From an uncultured Planctomycetota bacterium (lineage in GTDB: Bacteria; Planctomycetota; Planctomycetia; Isosphaerales; Isosphaeraceae), in the NCBI GenBank assembly GCA_963823665.1, contig CAWGMQ010000003.1:384001-448000 (forward strand): a DNA stretch of 64,000 nucleotides. Direction: 5' to 3'. The position numbers and the translations under genes are program-made. Below are positions 1 to 12,073 of this stretch, piece after piece. The stretch's first letter is position 1. The number at the start of each line of letters is the position of its first letter. A model generated the notes under the pieces. It was not told where the DNA came from and searched no databases. It saw only the letters and a list, made by a program, of their open reading frames with translations.

Positions 1-2473
1 TCCGATACGACACGACGCCGTTCATCCGCGAGTCGATCAACGAGGTGTTCAAGACGCTGCTCGACTCGGTGGTTCTGGTCGCGCTCGTGGTGCTCGTGTT
101 CCTGCAGAACTGGCGGTCGTCGATCATTCCGCTGATCGCGGTGCCGGTCGGCATCGTGGGCACGTTCGCGCGTGATGCTGGTGATGGGTTTTTCGCTGAA
201 CAACCTGACGCTCTTCGGGCTGGTGCTGGCGATCGGCATCGTGGTGGACGACGCGATCGTGGTGGTCGAATCGGTCGAGCACCACATCGAGCACGGCCTC
301 AAACCGCGGGCCGCCACGATCAAGGCGATGAGCGAGGTCTCGGCGCCGGTGATCGCGGTGGGGCTGGTGCTCTCGTCGGTCTTCATTCCCTGCGCGTTCA
401 TCTCGGGGATCACCGGGCAGTTCTTCCGGCAGTTCGCCCTGACGATTGCGTCGTCGACGGTGATCTCGACATTCAACTCGCTGACGCTCTCCCCTGCTCT
501 GGCGGCGATGCTGCTGAAGCCGCGCCGCAAGGGGCACTACGAAGCCCTGCCCTGGCCCGCGTTTCTGATCATCGGGGCGTGGGCCGGTTTCAAGTATCTG
601 GGGCCGCTGACCGCCGCGCATTTGAAGGCGAGCGAGCGCTCGCGCCGGCGGCTCGCCGCTGGCGACCATGGTCGACCTGGCGCGGAGTGTCGGGCTCGCG
701 CCCGAGACGGCCGCGCTCCTGGCCGCCGTGCTCGCGGGAGCCGTGGCCCTGTTATGCGTGGCGAAGCCGGTCAACATGGTCTGCGGAGTGGGGTTTGAGC
801 TTTTCAATCGCGGTTTTCAGGCCACGGCGAGCGGCTACGCGAGGTTTGTCGGAGGGATGCTGCGGGTGTTCGTGCTGGTGCTGTTTCTGTACGGCGGCGT
901 GCTGGGGCTGACGTACTGGGGCTTCCAGAACACACCGCGCGGCTTCATCCCGTCGCAGGACATGGGTTACCTGCTGGTGAACATCCAGCTTCCCGACTCG
1001 GCCTCGCTCGAGCGCACCCAGAACGTGATCGTGAAGATGGAGGAGATCGCCCACAAGATCAAGGGCGTCGACGCGACGGTGGGCATCGCCGGGCAGTCGC
1101 TGCTCATGAACGCCTACGGGTCCAATTTCGGCACGATGTTCATGACGCTGAAGCCATTTGACGAGCGCACGACGCCGGAGACCTATTACGAGGCGATCGC
1201 CAACCAGTTGCGGCGGCAGATTCCGCGCGCGGTGACCGATGCCGAGGTCGCGGTCTTCGGGCCGCCGCCGGTGCGGGGCGTCGGCCGGGCCGGCGGCTTC
1301 ATGATCATGATCGAAGACCGCGGCGACCTGGGTCCGCAGGCGCTCCAGGAATACACCGACGCGATCGTCAGAGCGGCCAACAACCCGCTAAAACGCCCGG
1401 AGCTGAGGGGAAACACGTCGGTCTTCCGGGCCAACGTCCCGCAGATCTTCCTCGACGTCGACCGGACGGCGTGCATGCTCAAGGGGGTGGATCTTCAGGA
1501 TGCGTTCACGACGCTGCAGGTCTATCTCGGCTCGCTGTACGTCAACGATTTCAATCTCTTCGGCCGCACCTGGCAGGTGATCGCGCAGTCCGAGGCCAAG
1601 TACCGCGACCGGAAGGACGACATCAACCGGCTGCGGGTGCGGAACACGAGCGGAACGATGGTGCCCTTGGGCTCGGTGGCCACGGTCACGGAGATCGACG
1701 GGCCGCTGGTGCTGACGCGGTACAACATGTCCCCGGCGGCGTCGATCAACGGCAACGCCGCGCCCGGGATCAGCTCGGGCCGGGCGATCGAGGTGATGGA
1801 GCAGATCGCCAACGAAGAGCTGCCCAAGTCGATGTCATTCGAATGGACCGAGCTGGCCTACCTCGAGCTCGAGGCGGGCAACACGGCGATGCTCGTCTTC
1901 GCGTTCTCGATCGTGATGGTCTTCCTGGTCCTGGCGGCTCAGTTCGAGAGCTGGTCGATGCCGCTGGCGGTGATCCTGTCGGTGCCGCTTTGCGTCTCGA
2001 GCGCGCTGGTGGGCCTTAATTTTGGGAAGATCATCCAGGCGCTGCCCCCGGTGCACAAGCTTCTCTCCGCGATCGACATGGTGCCGGCGGCCATGGAGAT
2101 CAACATCTTCACGCAGATCGGCCTGGTGGTGCTGGTGGGGCTGGCGAGCAAGAACGCGATCTTGATCGTCGAGTTCGCCAAGGTGATCCACCGCTCGGGC
2201 AAGCCGATCCGGGAAGCGACGCTGGAATCATGCCGGCTGCGGCTGCGGCCGATCATCATGACCTCGATGGCGTTCATCCTGGGCGTGCTGCCGCTCTTGA
2301 ACGCCCACGGCGCCGGCGCGGAGATGCGGAAGGCGCTGGGCATGGCGGTTTTCTCGGGCATGCTGGGCGTGACGCTCTTCGGCGTGCTGGTGACGCCGGT
2401 CTTCTTCTACCTGATCGACACGGTGAGCGAGTCGTCGCTGTTCGGCTCGCCGCGGGTGCGGCGGATCGGCTAG
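1..2473 (+). CDS. RND efflux permease (HAE1/AcrB family), 5'-truncated by the window edge, with apparent frameshifts near 170 and 640-670
   Basis: ORFs 45-911, 172-798 and 668-2473 join into AcrB-type motifs: [54 protein letters not shown]. Confidence 0.93.
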
Positions 2474-2617
2474 ATCGTCCTGGGAATCGTGACGCTCTCG
2501 TACCTGTGGCGGCCGTCGCGCTGGCAGTCGCCTGCGCAGTGGCGGCAAGGCTCTCGCCGGGCGGGCACTCGAGACGCGAAGTCTCCCGGTCAACAGAAAG
2601 GGAAGTGAGGACAATCC

Positions 2618-5600
2618 GTGTTTTCGCGTTTCTTCATCGACCGGCCGATCTTCGCCTCGGTGCTCTCGATCATGATCACGCTGGCCGGCGCGATCACGCT
2701 CACCAACCTGCCGGTGGCCCAGTACCCGGAGATCACGCCGCCGACGGTCGAGGTCTCGGCCTACTATCCCGGGGCGAATGCCCAGGTGGTCGCCGATACG
2801 GTCGCCGCGCCGATCGAGCAGCAGGTCAACGGCGTCGAGAACATGATGTACATGTCGTCGCAGTGCACGAACGACGGCACGTACACGCTCACGGTCACGT
2901 TCAAGCCGGGCGTCGACCTGAACATGGCCCAGGTGCTGGTGCAGAACCGCGAGTCGCTGGCCGAGCCGATCCTGCCGGACCTGGTCAAGCGGCGCGGCGT
3001 GTCGGTGAAGAAGAAGTCGCCCAGCATCCTGATGATCATCAACGTCTTCTCGCCGGACAAGAGCCGGGACAACCTGTACCTGAGCAATTACGCGACGATC
3101 CAGCTTCGCGACGTGCTGGGCCGGCTCGACGGCGTGGGCGACATCACCTACATCGGCCAGCGCAACTACAGCATGCGGGTCTGGCTCGACCCTCAGAAGA
3201 TGTCGTTCCGCAACCTGACTTCCTCGGACGTGGTCACGGCGATCACGGAGCAGAACGTGCAGGTCGCCGCCGGCCAGATCGGCCAGCCGCCGGTGAATAC
3301 CGGGCCAGTCGTTTCAGTTCACGATCACGGCGCTCGGGCGGCTGTCGAAGACCGAGGAATTCGAGGACATGATCTTGAAGACCGACGCGCAGGGCGGCGT
3401 CGTTCGCATGCGCGACGTGGCCAAGGTCGAGCTGGGGGCGCAGGGCTACGACCAGGCGTGCACGCTGGACGGGCAGCCGTCGGTGGCGCTCTCGGTCTAT
3501 CAGCGGCCCGGGTCCAACGCGCTGGCAACCGCCGAGCTGGTCAAGGACAAGATGAAGGAGCTGAAGGAGCGGTTCCCCGACGGGCTCGATTACTCGATCG
3601 TCTACGACACGACGCCGTTCATCACGGAGTCGGTGAACGAGGTGTTCAAGACCTTGCGCGACGCCGTGATCCTGGTCGCGTTCGTCGTGCTCTTGTTCCT
3701 GCAGAACTGGCGGTCGGCGCTCATTCCGCTGGTTGCCGTGCCGGTGGCGATCGTGGGCACATTTGCGGTCATGGCCGCGCTCGGGTTCTCGCTCAACAAC
3801 CTGACGCTCTTCGGGCTGGTGCTGGCCATCGGCATCGTGGTGGACGACGCGATCGTGGTGGTCGAGGCGGTCGAGCACCACATCGAGCTCGGGCCTATCG
3901 CCGCGCGACGCGACGATCAAGGCGATGAGCCAGGTCTCGGCGCCGGTGATCGCGGTGGGGCTGGTGCTCACGGCGGTGTTCGTGCCCTGTGCATTCATCA
4001 CGGGCATCACCGGGCCAGTTCTACCGGCAGTTCGCCTTGACGATCGCCACGTCGACGGTGATCTCGGCGTTCAACTCGCTGACCTCTCACCGGCGCTTGC
4101 GGCACTGCTGCTTGCGGCCGCGCGTCAAAGGGGTGTTTCAGGCCCTGCCGTGGCCGGCGTTCGTGGCGGCCGGCGGCTGGGCGGGCTACTCGTTTCTGGG
4201 GCCGCGGCTTCTGGCAGCTTGCGCAAACAGCCGGACTCAAGCTCGAGACGCCGTGGTCTCGACCCAAGACCTGGCCGCGAGCCTGGTCGGGGTGAGCATC
4301 GGGGCGGCGGCCGGCTTCGTGGTCAGCGGGGTGCTCAACCGCGTCTTCGGCTGGACGTTCTACCTGTTCAACAAGGCGTTCGACGCGACCACGGCGCTTT
4401 ACACGAAGATGGTCGCCGGGCTGCTGCGCGTCAGCGTCCTGGTGCTGCTGATCTACGGCGGTCTGCTGGGGCTGACGTACTGGAGCTTCACCCGGACGCC
4501 GACGGGCTTCATCCCCGCGCAGGACAAGGGGTACCTGCTCGTCAACGTGCAGCTTCCCGACTCGTCGTCGCTGGAGCGGACGCAGCAGGTCATGACCAAC
4601 GTCGAGCGGCTCGCCGAGCAAGCTCGAGGGTGTCTCGCACACCATGGCGATCGCCGGCCAGTCGATCCTGATGAACGCCAACGCCCCCAACTTCGGCGCG
4701 ATGTACGTGATGCTCGACGAGTTTCACCATCGTGCCGGGCACGGACTTACCGGGCCCGATAATCGCCGCGGAGCTTCAGCACAAGCTCCAGGAGGAGATC
4801 AGGGACGGGCTGGTCAACGTCTTCGACGCGCCGCCGGTCGACGGGCTGGGAACCGCCGGCGGATTCAAGATCGTCATCCAGGACCGCGGCGACCTGGGGC
4901 CGAACGAAATCGAGGCGGTCGCCAACCGCATCGTCGAGGAATCGCGAACTCCGGCAAACTCGCAAATGCTTCACGGGCTCTTCACGAGCTTTCGGGCCAA
5001 CACGCCGTGGCTCTACCTCGACATCGACCGCGACAAGGCCAAGCTGGCGGGGGTTTCGATCGCCGAGCTGTTCAACACGCTGCAGGTCTACCTGGGGTCG
5101 CTGTACGTCAACGACTTCAACCGGTTCGGGCGCACCTGGCAGGTCAATGTGCAGGGTGAGGCCAACTTCCGCAAGCAGATCAACGACCTGACGGGACTGA
5201 GGGTGCGGAACGAGCGCGGGGGCGATGGTGCCGTTGGGATCGGTCGCCAAGATCCGCGACGTGAGCGGCCCGGTGATGATCATCCGGTACAACCTGTACC
5301 CGTCGGCGACGATCAACCTGAACCCCGCCCCGGGCGTCAGCTCGGGCCAGGCGATCGACGCGATGGAGCAGCTGGTCGAGCCCAAGCTGCCGCAGGCCAT
5401 GCGGTCGGAGTGGACCGAGCTGGCGCTCTTGCAGCAGCAGACCGGCTCGACGGCGATGTACGCGTTCACGCTGGCGGTCGTGCTGGTGTTCCTGGTGCTG
5501 GCGGCGCAGTACGAGAGCTGGTCGCTGCCCCTGGCGGTGATCCTGGTGGTGCCGATGTGCCTGCTTTGCTCGACCGTCGGCGTCAACATCGCCAAGATGG

Positions 5601-6110
5601 ATATCAACATCTTCACTCAGGTCGGGTTCATCGTGCTGGTGGGCCTGGCGTGCAAGAACGCGATCTTGATCGTCGAGTTCGCCAAGGCGCAGCGCGAGAG
5701 CGGCTCAACGCGCCAAGGCGGCGACGCTCGAGGCGTGCGAGCTGCGGCTGCGGCCGATCATGATGACGTCGCTGGCGTTCATCCTGGGCGTGGTTCCGCT
5801 GGTGTTCTCCGAGGGGGCGGGGGCCGAGATGCGGAAGACGCTGGGCACGGCCGTCTTCAGCGGCATGCTGGGCGTGACCCTGTTCGGGATCTTCCTGACC
5901 CCGGTGTTCTACTTCGTGATCCAGTGGGTCAGCGACATCCGGGCTGCGCGGCGAAAAGTTGAAGAAGTCGAGGACGATTCGCCTTCTGAGGAGAATGGCG
6001 ACGGCGAGCACTCGAGCTCCGAGCTGGTGGTGGTAGGCGCGCCGGCCCACGGCCACACGTCGGGCAACGGTGCGGTTCATGGCTCTTCGCACGGCGCGGC
6101 GGTGCACTGA
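2618..6110 (+). CDS. Second RND efflux permease (HAE1/AcrB family) with several apparent frameshifts
   Basis: N-terminus MFSRFFIDRPIFASV...[49 protein letters not shown]. Pieces lie in ORFs starting 2618, 3369, 3925, 3989, 4644, 4732, 5225 and 5760. Confidence 0.93.
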
Positions 6111-6147
6111 GGAACGGGTCGGAAACAACCTGCGCCGATTTACGTCA

Positions 6148-6282
6148 AGCGCGCCGCGGAGCGGCACAACCACCGTGCCGACGCGGAGCGTCGGAACGAG
6201 GGCTTTCGTTCGTGGTCGGGTGGATACCGAAATCGGGAACTTAGTTCCGGGCTGTTCCTGAATCCGGAGCGTGGGGAGCGAG
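6148..6282. repeat. REP-like palindromic repeats (GACGCGGAGCGTC / GGAGCGTGGGGAGCGAG type)
   Basis: Intergenic GCCGCGGAGCGGC, CCGACGCGGAGCGTCGGAACGAG and GGAGCGTGGGGAGCGAG. Confidence 0.55.
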
Positions 6283-6292
6283 CACACAAGAG

Positions 6293-6787
6293 ATGGCACA
6301 GAGCGCCTCCCCTGCCCTGCCGCGGCTGAATGTGATTCTTGTCGAGCCGGAGATTGCGGCCAACACGGGGGCGATCGGCAGAACCTGCGTGGCCGCGGGA
6401 GCGACGCTCTGGCTGGTGCGACCGCTGGGGTTTCACCTGGATGACCGGCATCTGAGAAGGGCGGCGCTTGATTACTGGGAGCATCTGGAGTTGCGCGTGG
6501 TCAATTCGCTGGACGAGGCCACGGACGCACTTGAGGCAGGGCGGTTGTGGTATTTCAGCACCAAGGCGACGCGAGCCTACACCGAGGCAAGATTTGGTGC
6601 CGGTGATGCATTGGTGTTCGGGCCGGAGACTCGAGGGCTTCCCGAACGGCTACTCTGCGACGCGGGCGATCGGGCTTTGAGGATTCCGATTCGGACGGAG
6701 GCGCGGAGTTTGAATCTCGCCAATGCGGTGGCGATCGGGGTGTTTGAGGCGGTGCGGCAGATTGCTCAATTCGGAGGGGGAGCGTGA
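6293..6787 (+). CDS. trmL: tRNA (cytidine/uridine-34 2'-O)-methyltransferase, SpoU/TrmL family
   Basis: VILVEPEIAANTGAIGRTC, RRAALDYW, LVFGPETRGLP and RSLNLANAVAI motifs. Confidence 0.92.
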   Translation: MAQSASPALPRLNVILVEPEIAANTGAIGRTCVAAGATLWLVRPLGFHLDDRHLRRAALDYWEHLELRVVNSLDEATDALEAGRLWYFSTKATRAYTEARFGAGDALVFGPETRGLPERLLCDAGDRALRIPIRTEARSLNLANAVAIGVFEAVRQIAQFGGGA

Positions 6788-6963
6788 GGAAGCGGGACCG
6801 AGGCGTCAACACCTCTGCGCCGGCGCACACATTCAGTGTGTTCGGTGGTGACCGCGCTCTTAGAGTGCGCGGCCAGGAAGCGGTATATTAGCAATTCAGA
6901 CATAAAGATTCGGTTTGACAAACTCGAGTTTTGGCGGGCAGTTCAGACGGTATTGGTTATCCC

Positions 6964-7575
6964 ATGAATAAAAACACGCTGGTCGTCGGCATCCTCCTCT
7001 TCCCCGGTTTCGAGGTGTCGGACGCGTTTGGCCCCGCAGAAGCGTTCGGCCCCGCCCGCTTTCCCGGTCAGAAGTTCGAGGACCCTGGGCCGAGGCCTTT
7101 CAAAGTCATCTACCTCGCCGAGACGCGCGACCCGGTCCCGTCGGGGAACGGTGGAGGCGCCAGAGTATTGCCAGACGCTGTGATGAACACCTCGCCTCGG
7201 CTGGACATCGTCCTGATTCCTGGTGGGCTGGGCATCCGGACACGGTACCAAAACCGGGCCCTAATCGATTGGATCCATGTGGAGAGTTCGCGGGCCCAAC
7301 TGATGACCTCGGTCTGCACCGGAGCGTGTTTGCTGGCTCGGACCGGACTGCTGCAGGGCCTCCGAGCAACAACCAACCACGCAGATTACGAGTGGGTCGT
7401 TCAGCACAGTCCCCAGGGCATCCAGTGGACGAAGGCACTCAGATGGGTGGACGAAGGGCGCTTCATCACCTCCGGCAGGGTCTCAGCGGGGACAGATATG
7501 GCCTGTTACGTGGTTGACCGGCTCTACGGCTCAGAAGTTGTCGAGGAGACAGTGCAAAGTATGGAGTACAACTGA
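6964..7575 (+). CDS. DJ-1/PfpI family protein (isonitrile hydratase-like)
   Basis: GILLFPGFEVSDAFGP, LIPGG, nucleophile motif SVCTG, ATTNH, RWVDEGRFITSG. Confidence 0.88.
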   Translation: MNKNTLVVGILLFPGFEVSDAFGPAEAFGPARFPGQKFEDPGPRPFKVIYLAETRDPVPSGNGGGARVLPDAVMNTSPRLDIVLIPGGLGIRTRYQNRALIDWIHVESSRAQLMTSVCTGACLLARTGLLQGLRATTNHADYEWVVQHSPQGIQWTKALRWVDEGRFITSGRVSAGTDMACYVVDRLYGSEVVEETVQSMEYN

Positions 7576-7684
7576 GAGCGAGACCCTCACAAGCCGTGGG
7601 GATGGCGGGCTCTGTGAAGGCGACAGCGAGCGATTCGGCGCTTTCTGTTGCGCGACGGTTTTGTGATGGCGGCAGCCGGGACCG

Positions 7685-7718
7685 ACCCCCCCTGGCCCCC
7701 CCTTCTTAAGGGGGGGAA
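7685..7718. repeat. REP-like hairpin (CCCCCCTT-CTT-AAGGGGGG)
   Basis: GC stem preceded by a CCCCCCCTGG run, between convergent genes. Confidence 0.55.
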
Positions 7719-7770
7719 GCTTCGCGCAGCATACGCAGAGGGAAATTGCCGCTCCTTATACTGCAAGTTT

Positions 7771-10700
7771 TCAACATCCCGCCCGAACGCCAGCGGCCAT
7801 CCGCGCAATCCGCGCCAGCTCGCGTCTGGGCCCCGGGTCGTTGGGCAGCAGGCGGACCGCTTGCTCACACGCGGCCCTCGCCTCCGTCAGCCGGTTGCCG
7901 TCGGTAAGGGCGTAGCTCAGGTTGAAAAAAGTCGGGCCGTAATTCGGCCGGTACCGTAGCGACTGGCGATACGCCGCCACAGCTTCCTCTCATGCCCAAA
8001 TTGATGCTCGAAAACTGGAATGCGCCGCTAGCCCCGTCGTCGAGCAGAGCCATGTACGCATCGCGGGCCTCGGCTAGCCGGCCCAGCTCTTGCAATGCAC
8101 CGGCCTCGCGGAACCGAAGCTCCACGTCGTGCGGCTGAAACTTCAGGCCCTGCCGGCAGGCCGCGAGGGCTTCCTCACGCCGCCCTTGCTGCATCTCGGC
8201 CAACGCCAACAACGCAAAGGCCTTCTTGACGTGGGAATTACTAGGCGGGGAGACCGCGAGGCTGCGGCGCAAGTAGTCAGCCGCATCCGCGGAGCGGTTC
8301 AGGTGAAGCTGCGTCATCCCCAAGTTGAAGAGCGTGAACGGGTGTTCGGGCCGCTCGGCCAGCTCAAGCAACAGCAGCCGCATATCGCGCTCGAGCTTCC
8401 TCGCCTGCCCGGCGGGGCTTCGATCGGACCCGGAATGAACGACGTGCAGCTTGGTCGCGGCGATGCCGCCGTTCATCCTGTTGATCGCAGTCAGAATCTG
8501 CTCGTGCATCCGCCCGTCAAACCGCAATTCCGGCAGATTGCGAAATAGCTTGACGTGATCAACCGCTTCCAAGCCCATCCCAGCCTGTTCCTCCTCCAGG
8601 GAACCCAGGCAATGCACTTGCATGACATAGGCAACGATGCTCGGATCATTCTGACGCTCGACAAGCTGTCTCAGCCCGTGGCCGCACTCGGCCGGGATCG
8701 TGTCGTCCGAATCCATCCAGAACAGCCAATCACCCGTCGCATGGCGCAGCGACTCGTTGCGGGCAGCGGAGAAATCATCGCACCACGGAAAGTGGTAAAG
8801 CTTGGCGCCGAACGATTCAACAATCCGTGGCGTCTCATCGACCGAGCCGGTATCGACGACGATCATCTCATCAACCCACGGCCGGATGCTCTCGAGGCAG
8901 GGACCAATCGTCCGGGCGTTATCTCGCACGATCATGCAAAGCGAAACCTTTGGCCGCGCCAAATCCAGCCGCAACCGCAGCCCGCCCTCGGGCGCGATGT
9001 CCACTGCGAACGGCCCCGGTCCGACCCGCGGCGAGCGTGTGACCCAGTTCATCGGCGACGGTTGGGCGTGCTCGCCGTTGCGGCCATTGCCGTTGGCCGA
9101 CCACTTAGCAATGAATCGTGCGTGATTCTCGCGCATGAGCGAACCGGCATCGACGCCGCTGCCCAAAAACGTCCGGCTCCCAAAATGGTGCACGAACGCG
9201 TCACCGGCGATCACAGCCTGAAACCCAGCCGCGATCGCCCGCAGGCAGTAATCATCATCCTCGAAGCACCCGAGCCCGAACTGCTCATCGAGCAACCCGA
9301 TCGCGTCGGTCACTTCCCGCTTGATCAACAAGCAGAACCCCACCAGTCGGCTCACGTCGACCGTCACGCCATTCTGACACTTGCCAAAATCCCAAGCAAA
9401 GCCATCCAGCTCGGCGATATTCTCGTACGCCACTTCGACCTGCTGCGGCCCGCTGACGAGATTCGACCGAGGCCCAACCAGCCCGACTCTGGAATCACCA
9501 CCCCGAAGCGCCCTCAGCATGCGCCCCAGCCAGCCCGTCGTCACCACCAAGTCGTTATTCAGAAGCAACACTTGCTTCCCGGCCGCGACGGCCATTCCCT
9601 GATTGGCCGCAGCCGGAAAGCCCCGGTTGCTATCATTCTCGATCAGCCGCACATCGCCCATCGCCCGCAGGTATTCGACGCTCCCATCGGTCGAGCCATT
9701 GTCGACGACGATGATCTCGTATGGCTCATCGGTCAGGAGCCGGATGCTATCCAGGCACTGTCGGGTAAACGTGATCTCGTTGTAAGTGACGATCACGATC
9801 GAGGTCAGCCCATACTCGGGCGCCGGCAACGGCTGCGCACGGATGAGAAACTGATACGTGTAGAATTCGTCGGCATCGCTTTGAGAGAGTCCAGCGATGG
9901 AAAGACTGCCGAGCTGGACCGCCCCATTCGCACCATGCCGCTGCGAGGGATCGTCACCCGGCCCGTTCACTGACCACATGCCGTCGATGGCAAACCCAGC
10001 GCGGTGAAACAGCTTCTCGATTTCGCGGCGAGTGAAGAATCGTAGATGGGTCCGATCGAGCAGCCCGGCTGATTCGTAGGTCCAGTTGCCTTGCAACAGT
10101 GATCGAACGATGCTGTGATGCCGCACGTTTGGAATGCTCGCGACGATACAGCCGTCAGGCGCAAGCCACTCGCGTATCCGTTTCAGCACCCGTGCCGGCT
10201 CGCGCAGGTGTTCGAGGACATCGGCGCAGACGATCGCATCGAACGATCCGGGTGGGATGTCGAGATCGAGCTCCTCGATATCCCCAGCCCACACGTGGTC
10301 AAGCCGCCCGCGCGCGGTAGTGGCGGCCTGGGCATCCAGCTCGATGCCCGAGACAGTTGCCGGCTGCCGCTGCTTGATCGCCTCGCCGAGCCGGCCCGCG
10401 CCGCAGCCAATGTCGAGCACGCGGCGTGCGGTCTGCGGCACGAGTGCGACGACTTCAGGGCGGGGATACCCAAAGTAGAACGGGTCGGGCGAGGCTTTCG
10501 ACTTCTGCGTGTGGGAGACCTCCGGTCCCGCGGACGGCGGGGTCGGGAGACCCGCGCCGAACGGAAGTGCCTCAGAACGGGGGTCAATGGCCTTCGCCGG
10601 CTCTTGGTGGATTCCGCTCCGCTCCACCCAACCTACAGCAACCGAACGCTTCAACAGCGTCTCCTCCGCCCGCCGCAGGATCGTCTCCATCCGATGCGCA

Positions 10701-11494
10701 TACGTGTGCTTCGCAATCGCCTCGGCTCGCCCCGCGGCCGCAATCCGTTCGCGCAACGCCTCCCGTTCAAGATAGAACCCCAGCTTATCAAGCAGGTCAC
10801 CGCCATCGCGGTAGGTCGCAAGATGCGCACCATCGCGGAAAAGCTCGTCCAGCCCGTTGTCGCTCAGGTCATTGGTCATGAGCAGTGAACCGCAGCCGAC
10901 TGCCTCGAAAACGCGCATATTCACGTCATTGCGGATGCTGCGATTAAACGCGATGCGAGCAGCCGAATAAGTGCGAGCCATGTCGTCGAAATAGGCCTGG
11001 CCGGCGAACGTGTTCTTGTAACGGCGCTGGATGAGAGTGAGCAAGTCGGCGCGTGGGCCAGGGAAGATATTCCCGACGAATGCGATGTCGAACTGCTTGG
11101 CCAGATCATCATGCTTGCGATGAACTCCAGGATCACATGCGAGCGGCAGCCACGAAGCCGATCGAACGCCGATACCGCGGAGTAAATCCACGCCGTCGCG
11201 CTGCGCAGCAAACACCAGGTCAAACCGCGGTGCCTTTTCGCGGCAGCGGTCGAAATCGACGTGGGTGTCGACGGCCCAGAATGCACTGGGCCTGCACCCG
11301 GGTGGTAGATGATAGCGCAGGCCGTCGTCGATGTTCAGATAGAGGTCGAATCCCGCGGTGGGTATGCGATCCAGCTCATGAGGTTGGAAGTGTTGAACCT
11401 CGACGTGGCGCTCGAGTGCGCGCTTGCAGTAGACGCCACTGGTTTCTGGTCGCAGGGTGGTGTCGAAAATGATGGCGATGCGTTGGATGTCCAT
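7771..11494 (-). CDS. Multidomain glycosyltransferase: CgeB-like GT, SAM methyltransferase, GT2, second GT2 and TPR; frameshift near 7985
   Basis: NMRVFEAVGCG (CgeB-like); VLDIGCGAG and DVLEHL (MTase); IIVVDNGSTDGS and FEDDDYC (GT2); SLCMIVRD...VDTGSVD...DFSAARN...WMDSDD (GT2); TPR helices continue in ORF 7771-7980. Confidence 0.88.
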
Positions 11495-11710
11495 GATCGT
11501 TAGCACCACGGTTTGGAGGTGTAGGTTGCCAGCAATGAATCGGAGCTATAAACACGGATGGCGACGGATGGCGGCAGGGGAATCAAGCTCGTTCACGGAA
11601 TGTCGCGTCTCGTTCTCGCCGGCGCAAGCAGCGCTGGCCGAATCTCGCTCGCCCTCGCTCGCCCTCGCGAGCCGTGCGGCCGAACCTCGAACATGGGGAA
11701 GAAAACCTTG

Positions 11711-11823
11711 AACAGAAGATCGCAAAGGGCGCGAAGATCGGAGAAAAGCCGAGGGGAGACGAGGGCCGCCAACCGATCGGGCTCGGTATTGTGCACTCTT
11801 CGCGTCCTTGGCGTCCTTCTGTT
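11711..11823. repeat. Inverted pair of 26-bp REP-like repeats
   Basis: AACAGAAGATCGCAAAGGGCGCGAAG (11711-11736) versus the reverse complement of 11798-11823, AACAGAAGGACGCCAAGGACGCGAAG. Confidence 0.65.
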
Positions 11824-12073
11824 AGAAAATGGAATTCGGTTTTCCAGGTTGTCGCCCCGTTGAGCGCGCTCGGTGCGCTCGAAAGACTCATTGAATCACG
11901 AGTCGAACTCTCACCAATTCAGAGCACGTGTGTGTTTTCGCCCTCCGGAATCGCTGTCCATCATATGAGTCGGTCAATTCCAACTCTTCACCGCCCAGTG
12001 CGAGGCTCCCGCCGAGCTGTGCTGGCACTCGACTCACCAAAAATCAGTGCTTCTCAGAATCGCGAAACTCGAT

